From the NCBI GenBank assembly GCA_002633005.1, contig NMRA01000290.1:1-64000 (forward strand): 64,000 nt of DNA, read 5' to 3'. Source of the stretch: Phoronis australis (lineage: Eukaryota > Animalia > Phoronida). Position numbers and translations under genes: made by a program. Below are positions 12,917 to 23,938 of this stretch, in pieces; within the stretch, counting starts at the first letter, position 1, and each line of letters starts with the position of its first letter. Under the pieces are notes generated by a model that was not told where the DNA came from, ran no database searches, and worked only from the letters and a program-made list of their open reading frames with translations.

Positions 12917-13884
12917 TATGTATTCCAATGATTAAGTGTCGGTACTTCAGTCATCATAGACCATCTAAAGCGCAAATATGATTCGAACTCCCGCCATCAC
13001 AACTATAGATCAAACTACGCAAAGCAGGAGTTAACACTATACGATGGACACAATTAAAAGCCGATGCAAACAGAGAGGGGGTAGGCGTTACGTGTTTCAA
13101 CATAAAATTCTATGGACATCCGTGTCTTGGGAATTTGTTGATGGACTTTAAAATTTAATCATATGGGCCTCAAGGATTTTCAGTATGTGTACATCTTGTT
13201 AGAAAAGGTCAATGCTCCAGTTATCTAATAAATCCAGTATATTCAAAGAAACATTTTGAAGTTCATTGCAACAACTCTCCGGCATAACAACACATGAATG
13301 CATAGGTATATATATACATATACTTTGATATTGATGAGGGACGCTCAGTATTGCGACTTCATTTATGGAGATTTTGGTTTTAAAAGTCGGGGTCCTGTAT
13401 TTGCTATTTCATTTATAATTAATTTGATTGCATAATTGGCCAATAAAACAGAACAGGAATGTGGGCATATGCCTACATGTAGCATATGCAAACTGATGAC
13501 AGTAGTACTGAATAGGCTTCATACATCACAAACATAATGTTGTGATTTCGCTTATTGAGATTTTGGGAGGATATCTAATTCAGAAAAACACAAAAATGCA
13601 ACTTTAGCATGTCCTAACATTTCGTCCTCCAAAAGAGGTGGGTTTTTCTTATTTCAGTTCAACTAAACATTTGACCTCTCAGTGTACCTTAGATTTCACC
13701 CAGAATTCATAAATAATACCAGAAATGTATTCTACGTTTCACAATACATTAGACATTATACATTATAGAACCGTATAAGACATCATCAAACGATCAAAAT
13801 TGGTTGAAATTCAAAATGGCGGATATAGGAGAAATGCTGACGAACTTTGTCAAAAGCAGCGCTGGCATGATACCAAAGTGTTGT

Positions 13885-14074
13885 GTGTAAAATAAAACAC
13901 AATTGTATTGCCAAACGGCAAGTGGTATTGTGCCAAGTTTAAATGCTTTTCATTGTTTTCTGCCCTTGCATCAAATACTAACATAACGCATAGTTTGGCA
14001 TGTCAATCAAGATATTATTTCTAGCCAGTCAAGGCGCGTGAAAATTTAAACACTACGATCGTCCCTCATCGTGT
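13885..14074 (+). repeat. Dispersed repeat, also at 1915-2100
   Basis: Colinear match seen directly. Confidence 0.7.
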
Positions 14075-14694
14075 TATTTTTTTAATTTATGTATTTGTGT
14101 AAAATAATTGTAAATAGATTTCTTTGTACATTTTCAACCCAGGTATAATGCCTCTTGGCGCTTTCTGGGTTGTGTGTATTCATTGTATCGAAGATTTCGT
14201 AATAAACATTTAAAAAAATAGTCAGATATATAGGATTTTAGCACCAATTTTATCCTCTGAATAACGGCATTAAATTGGTTCTCAAAATGTATGCACGAAT
14301 ACTCGGAGACAATATGCCCACAATAAGCGTTCTTCAGTAAAGTGTCTTTGTATGGTAAATTTCATGCAAATAAATGAACATATTCAAGGCGAATAAATGT
14401 TATCTATAATTACATGTCAATACAAACATCTGTTGAGTGATTACTTCTGACGAAAGCGCTTATCAAATACAGATTCTAGGCTTTTATTACTAAATGCCGT
14501 AACATTTTAGTTTGCGTTCTTTCCAAAAATCCTTATGAGAATAAATGCACCGAAACTGTTGCTTTCAACGTATGGTAAAAATTGTTATCATATAAAGGCA
14601 TGTGTATGACTCTATTGTACAAGAACGTTCTTTTGAAGTATGCACAGGTTGTTACATTTAATTTAATTGGTATTACAAAAGTCGTTTTCATTAA

Positions 14695-15138
14695 AGGGGC
14701 CTCGAACGCAATAAACAGCTAAGTTTCTAATATTGAAAATGCTTCTCGCTGCCACGGAAATTGAATTCAACCTGCTCACCAGGAATCGTTGTTCTGTTGA
14801 TGTCAAGGCATTTTCCTTTAGTTTCAAATTTCAAAAAACGATGAAAAAGGACGTCTCCTTAATTGGTATGGCGAGACATAGATGTAATACATTTCCATTA
14901 TGTGGAAAATGTGACCTTTGACCTCGAAGGATTTCAATCAACTGACTTTGAGCGCATGCACGCATTCATCATAAGTGGGACGGAGATTAGAAACTATGTG
15001 GTAACCACAGAGTTTTTCATTCGTGCCTATTTCAAAAATCGTAAATTTTGTGATTTTTTCTGGAAAGTAACTCACAAAGGAAATTGAATTATTCTGTGCT
15101 GGCCGTTGCGAGATGTTACTTTCGCGTTCCATGCCTCT
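14695..15138. mobile_element. TTAA-flanked MITE (Kolobok-like)
   Basis: TTAA+aggggcctcgaacgc ... gcgttccatgcctct+TTAA (12/15 TIR). Confidence 0.6.
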
Positions 15139-16519
15139 TTAAGAACGTGCATTGTATGCGGTATGCCGTAAACTGTTAATCTAAGTTTGAAAACCTGCTT
15201 TGTAGTTTGTCATGGTTGTTGTACGTACGTAGGGCCCTGACCACACGACTCTGGAAACTTTTGAAAACACACACTTAATTTCTTTACGTAGACACGCTTT
15301 CTGTTAACACGTACATCTGTTGGCAATAAATAATCCACTAAACAGGTTAATCTTTTATACCGTCCTCAATAGTGGACTTTTTAAAACTCCGTATTCATCA
15401 TAGATTCGTGTCGGAAGGCGAAAACACATTGAGCGAACAGTTACTGCGCTTTTGTGAAGATGCCGAAAAGCTAACGTCACGGTCGCACTGTTAAAAACAC
15501 GTTTTCAAACTGAAAACGGTGCTGAATTGATCGGGACGCGGCCAATTTGATCAAACTCGTTACAGTCACGATTCCAAGATCGAATGTGAAGAACACTTTC
15601 ACGTTTTGTTATTCAAAACTGGTTGCGTTGTCCATAACCCCAAAATGTTCAGTTAGCGGTCGCCTAGTGGTGTTTCACACCGAGTGAACTCGTGTACCAT
15701 TGACGAAGATTTTATAGTATCCGTTTGCCAGTGATACCCTTATTAAAACTGGATTAATGTATTTCACCCTGTGTAGAGACCAACACGCATCTTCACGCAA
15801 TAGGACAATAGCCTGGCCACCTATTAAGCAACTGAAACTAGCCTGAAAACAGCAGCTGACCACCTAAAATTGGGTCGGCTGACGGCCGTTCGGCAATTAA
15901 GAGTCGGCTGGGGGGTCGCCTTATGAGTCGGCAATGCGGTGGGCTGACCGTAGAGCCGACCGCGGGTCGGCTATTTTGCCGACCGGTCGGACAAAAATTC
16001 GTTATATTTTTCCTGTAGGTAGCCTATGTATGTATGTACGTATGTATGTACGTACACAGGTACATAGGTATGTATGCATGCATTCATTTTTATATTGTAA
16101 TGAATGTAATGAAGAAATAGCATTATGGTTTGACACTGAATTAAAAATAATGAAAGAAAAGAAATGCTCTTCTTAAACTTTTTCGTCGTGCTAGAAATGG
16201 TAATATCCTAAGCGAATATCTTTACATTAAAAAGCAGTTTGAAGAGGTTATGTAAACTGAATAAAAATGATAAGAATTAAGAAACGTATAACTTAATTTT
16301 ATAGGCGTGTGAGTCGAATGATGCCAAACCATTTTGGCACTTCATAAAAAGTCAGTCTAGAAAGACCTCTGCCACTAAGAACACTTATACTGGCAGACAA
16401 TGAGTAGAACATTTCAGCTCTCCTATTTTGAATATAGAACATCAAAATTGTGATGTTGTATTCGACGAGGTAGGCTAGTGTTGGGCACAATCAGCAGACA
16501 CGGGACTGCAAGCCAGTGC

Positions 16520-16862
16520 GGACTTGCCAAGAACAATTCGATGAATAAAGACATTACAAAAGAAGAAGTTGTGGTAGCAATTAATGTGCAAAATAGACAA
16601 TCCCCAGGGGAGGACGGAATTCCGGTTGAATTTCTTAAGTTTTCAATCGATAAAATTGCTTTGTAAATTTTGCACACCAAGAAATTCACAAAAAGTGGGA
16701 TAGTGGCATAATGCAACCAATATTCAAAAAGGTGAGGCAACTATAGGGGCATTAATTTTATTGAACGTTGTCAGTAAAGTCTTCACTTCAGTTTTAAATA
16801 AACTGTTTACTTGAATGGTTGACGAAAATGATTTTCTAGCTGAAGAACAAGCCGGGTTCATT
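16520..16862 (+). mobile_element. Non-LTR retrotransposon reverse transcriptase fragment (CR1/RTE-like)
   Basis: ITKEEVVVAI..QSPGEDGIPVEFLK / W..GIMQPIFKK / NYRGI / SKVFTSVLN / ENDFLAEEQAGF, with stops and frameshifts. Confidence 0.8.
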
Positions 16863-18516
16863 AGATACATTGAAAATGATGTGCACGGGTTACGAACATT
16901 AGAGTCGCTTCTAATAATGTTTGAAAAATCCAGTTTGAATGAGCAGCTAACTGGAACTCGAAGGACTCATTATTTAGGTGATCTGCAGTTTATGATGCAC
17001 AGCAACGTATGTATATTAATATAATTATGTGTGTTTTTATCATCATAGTTGCGCATGCCAACTTCACGTGTTACATTTGTCATTTCTGATGTGCGTTTCA
17101 CGGTGAACTAGTTGTCATTTGGATTTTTATTGCGGTGTTGTGATGTAAAGAAATGATCTCTATTTAGAGAGTTTGAAATATAGCAGTGGTGTTATATGCA
17201 GCGTTGTGTTTTGTGTGTGGTGGATGACCGCCCGGTGTCGACCTGACGGTAGCACAGGCGCTTGAGTTTATCTGTTCCTCGATCGCAAATGACGTCACTT
17301 AATACTAAGAAAACATAAAGGTTGGACACTCAAAATCTGTTTGCTCAGAATTTTCTACTCAAATGTGCATGGAACTCCACGAAACTACCATCGAACAAAT
17401 CTTAGAATACCTTCTTTCATTTGATCTCTTCAAATTGCCTTCGAGTGATGATTTGACTTCAAAAATGCCAAACGAATGTCAAAATCACAAATTCAAGGAC
17501 CTTATTCCGTGATGTCATGGCAGACGGTCTTCGCACATTAGGGTTTTTGCGGAGGCTCTCGAGCTAAATCCGAAAGTGTATTTTAGCGCGCCTTTCGTCG
17601 TCAATCCCTCGACTACTTGGTCATGAGAAGCAGAGAGTACATTAAAAATATCATACCCAAATGAATGTAACTACTCAGATATTTGTGTCAGATATAAATT
17701 ATCCTGATACTGTATTGATATGCGAAATTATTTTATGTACTGTGATTTCTTATGAAGGTTTCACTTTTGGCCAAAGCCATTGAGTTAACTCGTCGGCCAC
17801 GCGCATTGTAATAATCGCACGGACTGCTTTTTTCTGGCCGAGTGTGTGTTGTTCTTCAACCAAGAAAAGTGCGTGATGTCAAGATGAGAAACAAGATACG
17901 CCAGTTTACGCAATAAAATTTTGAGTTGAGGGCTAAAATGAGCTGTCATTGGAATAAAATTACAAATAATTATTAAAATACTAACTTTAACATTTTCAAA
18001 CAGTTAAGTTTTGGATTAGAATTATTGAATTTGAAATGTAGGTTGCCTGCTCAAACTCGCAGTAACACCTACGACAGGCGTACAAGTTGAAGCACAACTG
18101 AAATCCGCCATGTTTACTATTTTAGGTCCTTGAATTCAGAGTTTTGAGATTGTTTTGGAATTTCCATCGCCAATTCACCACTCACGATCAAGGAAAGATA
18201 AGGCTTCGAATGTTTATGCAATACCAGACTGAGGGAGGTGCACGCAGATTTTATTTGGATTTTGGACAGTTGAAGTTGGGAGCCTCTGCTCGGCAAAGTT
18301 TTAGCGTCCAACCTTTATGTTTCTTATATATGATTATGAGTCATCGGGAAATTCGAGCGCCTGAGACTGATAGATGCTCAGTCGTTTTAAAGTTTGAGTA
18401 TTGAAAAAGTGGGAGTAAAAAGAGATTTGAATTGATTTAAAATACATTCTTATTTATTGATGTTGTCGAAAATTACAAACAGTGGTTATGAGAAAGAATT
18501 TATCAAAAACTATTAA

Positions 18517-20473
18517 AGGAGAATGCCACCCGATTCAATTAGCCTTTTTTACCGTCTTAATCGGTCTAAATACACATCGCCTCTTATACGGTCGACCTCA
18601 CCTTGCCGAGAGGTGTCGCGTTAACCTGTGAGGAAGGTGAGAAACGACGCAGCGACGTCAGTGGTTCGTTTGCAGAGTATATCACCGGTGCATCGTTCTC
18701 ACTTGTCCGAACTATGAAGCTGCGAAGAAAGCGGGTATATCGTTTTTCCGACCTCCTTAAGAGCCCGAAATGGCTTAGGAAGTGGCTCGTGGTAGTGAAG
18801 AATGTAGCAAGTATAAGGCCGTGAAACATCTCCGTGTCTGTGGCCGGCATTTCGTCGACAGTGATTTCTCTGACGAATTTCGGCTTACCAAAGAACTATC
18901 CATACGTTCCGTTGCATGTGCATGTTCACGGCGCCTCTCTAGTATTTCTTGGTCAGTGTATTCCGGTTCGAATTCATAGCTGTGAAACCTACCGATCCGA
19001 TCCGTGAAGTCTTCGTCGTATGAGCTCTTGACTAACTAAGTCGGGAATAGCGCCGGGCGAGTTGCCATGTAGACGTTTATTATTCTGCGTTCTGTTTCAA
19101 AATGAATGATTATTCTCATCCTAACCAATACTTATATAAAACTGAAACAATAAAGTATGTCTCATTAGATACAATTTGTAATGCCTTTGCAGTATTTGTG
19201 AGTGCAAATGTTGAGAAGCCAGTAATTTATGAATAAACCACTGCGTTACCGGCTTTTGGTGTCGGCAATAAAGGTAATTGACCGGGCACCGAGGCCATGT
19301 GAGCGCATGCTAATTCAGTGTTTGCTGACAGAAAGCTGTTGTGAAACAATTACTCGATCTTATATCTATGGTCACAAGTTAAGGGAATCTTTATTCAGAA
19401 ATAAAAATACATTATTCAAATCATTGTTACTGTACAACCTTTGCCCTGACGGTCTGTGGAAGGGGAACCGGACTTCGCAGCCCCCGACAAATTAGTAAGT
19501 ATATTTTCAGTTTCGTGGCTAATTCCCATTATTTCTTTAGATCACTATTATAGTCTTTTCCTGACTGGAGGTTTAGTTTCCAACTCAAGCTGGTTTATGT
19601 ACGTGCCAGTCCCGGTGGCCTCGACGGGCCTGATCGGGTTCCGAGCCACTGGCCGGGATAACGAGTCAGTCCGGCCACGACGGGTCTGATCGGTTTCCCA
19701 GTCGTGGTCGGGATAACAAGCGTTTTGTGTGTTTAGAACTCAAAAAATCATAAGTCTAAACAACACAGTTCTAGATCCTCCTGTCTGTATTTCACGGAAG
19801 AATACTTCGAATTTGTCTCCGAACAGACCCCAAACTCCTATTATGGACCTTGGTAAATTGGCCTGCCGAACTTTGTAGGCTACGGTCCAAATACCAATAA
19901 CTCCGCAACAGCGAAATAAAACAACACGTTTTTATAAGAACTCGGTGTGTTTTAAGGGTTTTACATCGAAGCTCGATTATTTATTGGTGTTAAACTATAA
20001 ATTCAAGCGATAACCAGACACCAGTAACCCTTGTTGCGAACTGCTGAGCAGACTGCGTGTGAAACCGATGACGTCATTGGGTAATTTCAACACCTCCGTC
20101 TGCCGTCACTGAGGTAACGCAACCGAACGTGTTGTTATCGACTAGAACTACTCGATCTAAATTGATACAAAATGGGTTGCTTTTTGTTATGTTCGTGGTT
20201 TTCATTAAACTTGCATAGTCCAAAACATAACCTTATATGGCACTGGTAGCTAGAATCATAGATTGTGTAAGTTGTGCAAAACAATTCTCTGAAATCTGAC
20301 TATGACTCATGAGCATATGATCTTTAGTTCTGACAAATAAGTTTTCAGTTGAGAGTTAGACAGCATAATGAATAGATGTATCTTGTAGATCTCTAGAATA
20401 AACCCACGTAAAACCGTAACACAGAGTTGTGTTTGAAAGAGGTTTTCATGCACTTTTTGGGTGGCATACTCCT
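18517..20473 (+). mobile_element. Kolobok-like element family B, copy 2 (both ends present)
   Basis: TTAA+aggagaatgccaccc ... gggtggcatactcct+TTAA (14/15 TIR). Degenerate THAP: CIVLTCPNY..ISFFRPP / RKW / LRVCGRHFVDSDF. Confidence 0.85.
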
Positions 20474-20939
20474 TTAAGATTTTAATACAGGTCTAAAGAA
20501 TACTAGACCTCGTTGGTGAAATGAAAACTGACTTAGACCAGGTCCAAACAGGAGATAAATCAGGTTTTACTAGACCACTGGTCTAAAAGTTAAACCACCT
20601 TTATGAAATGCAGATTATCTTTAAACCTGGTCTAAGTCCAGTTTAAACCAGGTTTAACTTTAAACCACCTTTATGAAATCGGCTGTTAGTGTGTATATAC
20701 GAAACACAGAATCACTTTAATGCCGTTATCAGCTGCCAAAATTTCAGTTAAAGTGATGGAAAAAATGTAACTCTAGATTTATTATGTTTATATAAAGCCT
20801 ACAAACGTATTGGAAATCTAGTTGAGTCCTTATTGGAACGGCACGAATTTAATTAATATTTGCGCCTGTCGGTGCTGCCGAATTCTAACGTCTTGTGTCT
20901 CTGTTGCGGTTATTGGGACTGTTTCATGCAACCAACCAC

Positions 20940-21052
20940 AGGTGTCACTTCGGATCCACTTGACGAAATCTCGCGGCAGGTAGCGCTACACCATGAACAT
21001 TAAACATGGATTTCTCTCGGGACGCAGAATCGATTCTTTGATTATTTTACCC
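20940..21052 (+). other. Candidate non-coding first exon / promoter region of INTS13
   Basis: The ATG exon starts at a splice acceptor, so an upstream 5'UTR exon is needed. This CpG-containing stretch ends in a GTAAGT donor at 21053. The start coordinate is a guess. Confidence 0.4.
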
Positions 21053-21205
21053 GTAAGTTGTCACATTACAAACACTGGCATCGAACATAAAGCACTAATA
21101 TTCATGTTTTGCATGCCCTCTCGGATTGTGAGTGAGAAACTTCGTCTGCATAGTCATCAGTTATGCACTATTATAGCGCCAGTGTCAGTGTGGTCTCTGC
21201 CCTGG

Positions 21206-21264
21206 CTAGGCAATGACCATCGCCTCTGTTGCGTTGGCCAACAGAGGCGATGGTCATTGCCTAG
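21206..21264. repeat. Perfect 26-bp inverted repeat with 7-nt loop
   Basis: ctaggcaatgaccatcgcctctgttg-cgttggc-caacagaggcgatggtcattgcctag. Confidence 0.9.
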
Positions 21265-21334
21265 TCTCTGGCCTGCTGAGGCCCTCAGTTTCACCCACTA
21301 ATTAATGGAGCTGCAACATCAGCTGTAGACAATG

Positions 21335-21785
21335 TTGTTGCAGCCCAAACTGATGCCTGTGTCAAACTGATTTGAGGCACTGCAATTTGGCGCATGTTCT
21401 TGAGCCAAACTGATGCCTGGGCCAAACTAAAGCTACCGTAAAGGTGCAACTTCGTAAGTTCCCACATTGCTGCCAATGGTTTATATGTTTTTCATGGTTA
21501 TCAGAACTGAAATTGATGACAATGAATGCTGGGTGATGCATAACAGTTTTGTAGGACACTTAATCTAAACTAGTATGACCTGCATGCGTGAGCCCTCATT
21601 GTGGTTAATTTTGGGTTCTGATAACTATAAAAAAGCACATAAACAAACCACTTGCCGTAGTCTGGAAACTTTCTGGTCGATATCTTCAGTTTCGCGTAGA
21701 CATCAGCTTGGCTCACAAACCCATACTAAACCGCTGAAATGCTCCAAATCAGTTTGGCGCAGATATCATTTTGGGCTGCAACAAT
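21335..21785. mobile_element. MITE with ~95-bp imperfect TIRs
   Basis: ttgttgcagcccaaactgat... and ...atcattttgggctgcaacaa. Confidence 0.55.
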
Positions 21786-21819
21786 GGCGCCGTCTCAACT
21801 ATCACTAGAAGCGATGGCC

Positions 21820-22425
21820 ATCCCATAGGCCCGTCATACGCTGGAAGCTTTTCAGTGAATTATGCCTCACACTGATTAAACCATCAAAGTCACATAAGTA
21901 ACTTTTGCGCTTAGAGGGCACCTTTTAGGAGACTGTCGATGTCTTTAATTCCTTCCAACTCGAACAAGTACTCCCGTAACCAAACTTCATATCCCCTGGC
22001 GCAAGCGGTGTAAAAATGGCCAGTTGCTGATTTGAGCAATGGAATGAAGTACTACTCAAAAAATTGATTACAGGAGTATCTGTTCAAATTGAGACATTGG
22101 CAGCCTCCTAAGGTGTCCCTCTGTGCACAAAAGGTATTTATAGTAACTTGACTTTGATGGTGGCCGTCCCATAGGTCCTCCATATGCTTGAATCTTGTTG
22201 GTGAATTATACCTCACACTGATTACACCATCACAGTCATGTTGCTCTAAATACCTTTTGGGCCTAGAGGGACACCTTAGGAGTCCATAGATGTCTTTCAC
22301 TCTTCCCAGCTCGAACAAGTACTCTCGCAATCAAATTTTTTTTTAACAGTCCTTTGTTCAGTTGCCAATTTAGGCAACTGAATGAAGGACTGGTAATTTT
22401 TACACTCGTTGCACCAAGGGATATG
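21820..22425. mobile_element. Palindromic MITE family (copies also ~11085-11340, 52215-52420, 52630-52800)
   Basis: catatcccctggcgcaagcggtgtaaaaat (21988) is inverted at 22396-22425. The core gaattatgcctcacactgattaaaccatcaaagtca is shared across copies. Confidence 0.6.
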
Positions 22426-22780
22426 ATGTCATATCACTTGTACCTTATGTATTTTGCTATGAACACTGTTGAATAGTTGGTTGAATTATGGAATCCTGAG
22501 CTAAATTTAGAATTAAAAGACAGGGACTATTGAAAACCATGACATCAAACAAAATCCATATAACCTGTCAATAAACTTAATTCAATTGTATTTTCAGTTG
22601 TTCTTTAATTTTGTACATTTACTATGAAAGTAAATCGAATTTCTACATAATTTTAATGACCGCATGCATAAAAACACTTGAAATTCTTTTCAAATTTGTC
22701 CTCAAAGTAGTAATGGCAGCTGTCCATAGCATTAATGCAAAAGAATTATGTACTACGGGTGCCTTTTGGCGCTATATGTA

Positions 22781-23680
22781 TATTGGCTTTGTATGTGCAA
22801 AGCATACTTATTGGCTCTATATGCACAAGGCATACCTATTGGCTCTGTGTGTACTAAGCATGCCTATTGGCTCTGTATGTACTAAGCATGCTTATTGACT
22901 CTGTACCTTCATGTGCTAAGCATGCCTATTGGCTCTGTATGTACTAAGCCTGCCTATCGGTTTTATAATTGATGTGCTAAGCATTCGTATTTGCTCTGTA
23001 TGTACTAAGCATTCATATTGGCTCTGTATAAATACTAAAAAGTCTTTCTACTGGAAATTACGCGGTTGGGTGTTTTCGGTAAAAAGTAGCAGTCTAATTA
23101 TTGACAAAAAACAATGATTTTTGGCTTGCCCGTAAGTAACAAAAATAAAGTTTTAAATTCTTTTGCAATTAAAATATTTTAAGTGTAAAAAATAATCCTC
23201 AGCTTCTGTCATTTTCTCAAAATATTAGAAAGATAATTTTAGATTCAAAGAAAAATGGGTGAGTATGTTGAGGGGGTCAGGTGCGTGTGTGCGTTCGTGC
23301 ATGCGTGCGTGTGTATGTGTGTTAAGAGTGAGAACGGCTTGCTGCCTATTGGGTATGTATGTGTTAATCATTCCTATTGGCTGAGCTGTATGTTCTAAGC
23401 ATGCATATTGGGTCTCCATGTACTAAGCGTGCCTGTTGGCTCTTTGTACTAAGCATTCTTATTGGCTTTGTATGTACTGACCATGCCTATTGGCTCGTAC
23501 ATACTGAGCATGCCTATGGCTCTGTATGTACTAAGCATGCCTATTGGCTCTTTATATACTAAGCATGCGTATTGGCTATGTATGGACTAAGCATGTCTAT
23601 TGGCTCTGTATTAAGTAGTGTGCATAATTGGCTCTGAACATACTAAGCATGTCTATTGACTCTGTATGTACTAAGCATCC
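22781..23680 (+). repeat. 28-bp minisatellite (ctattggctctgtatgtactaagcatgc), ~21 copies in two blocks
   Basis: ~9 copies at 22781-23040 and ~12 at 23347-23680, split by a ~300-bp insert. Confidence 0.9.
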
Positions 23681-23716
23681 ATGTTGTCTTTGTTTCAGGT
23701 CTGACAGAGCCTGAAA

Positions 23717-23938
23717 ATGTCATTTCCTGCCACTCACAAAACAGTGATTATTTTGGATCATGGCCCAAACTTTGCAAAATGTTCCAAGCAACCAATAGAG
23801 TTTGATTCGATGAATGCAGCTCGTCGCCAAGGAATGATACCTTTGAATCCTGTTGAAAAATCACTCTGGACATGCAGTGTTGAGTCAAGTCTGGAATATT
23901 TCAGGATCGTGCAGGATATATTCCCCAAAAAATCATTG
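23717..23938 (+). CDS. INTS13: INTS13 coding exon 1
   Basis: Acceptor tttcag ends 23698, ATG at 23717, MSFPATHKTVIILDHGP...DIFPKKSL, donor GTGAGA at 23939. Confidence 0.95.

Noticed and set aside
22781-23680. 28-bp repeats as a CRISPR array
   Set aside because: Units are contiguous with no unique spacers, in a eukaryotic intron, with no cas genes.
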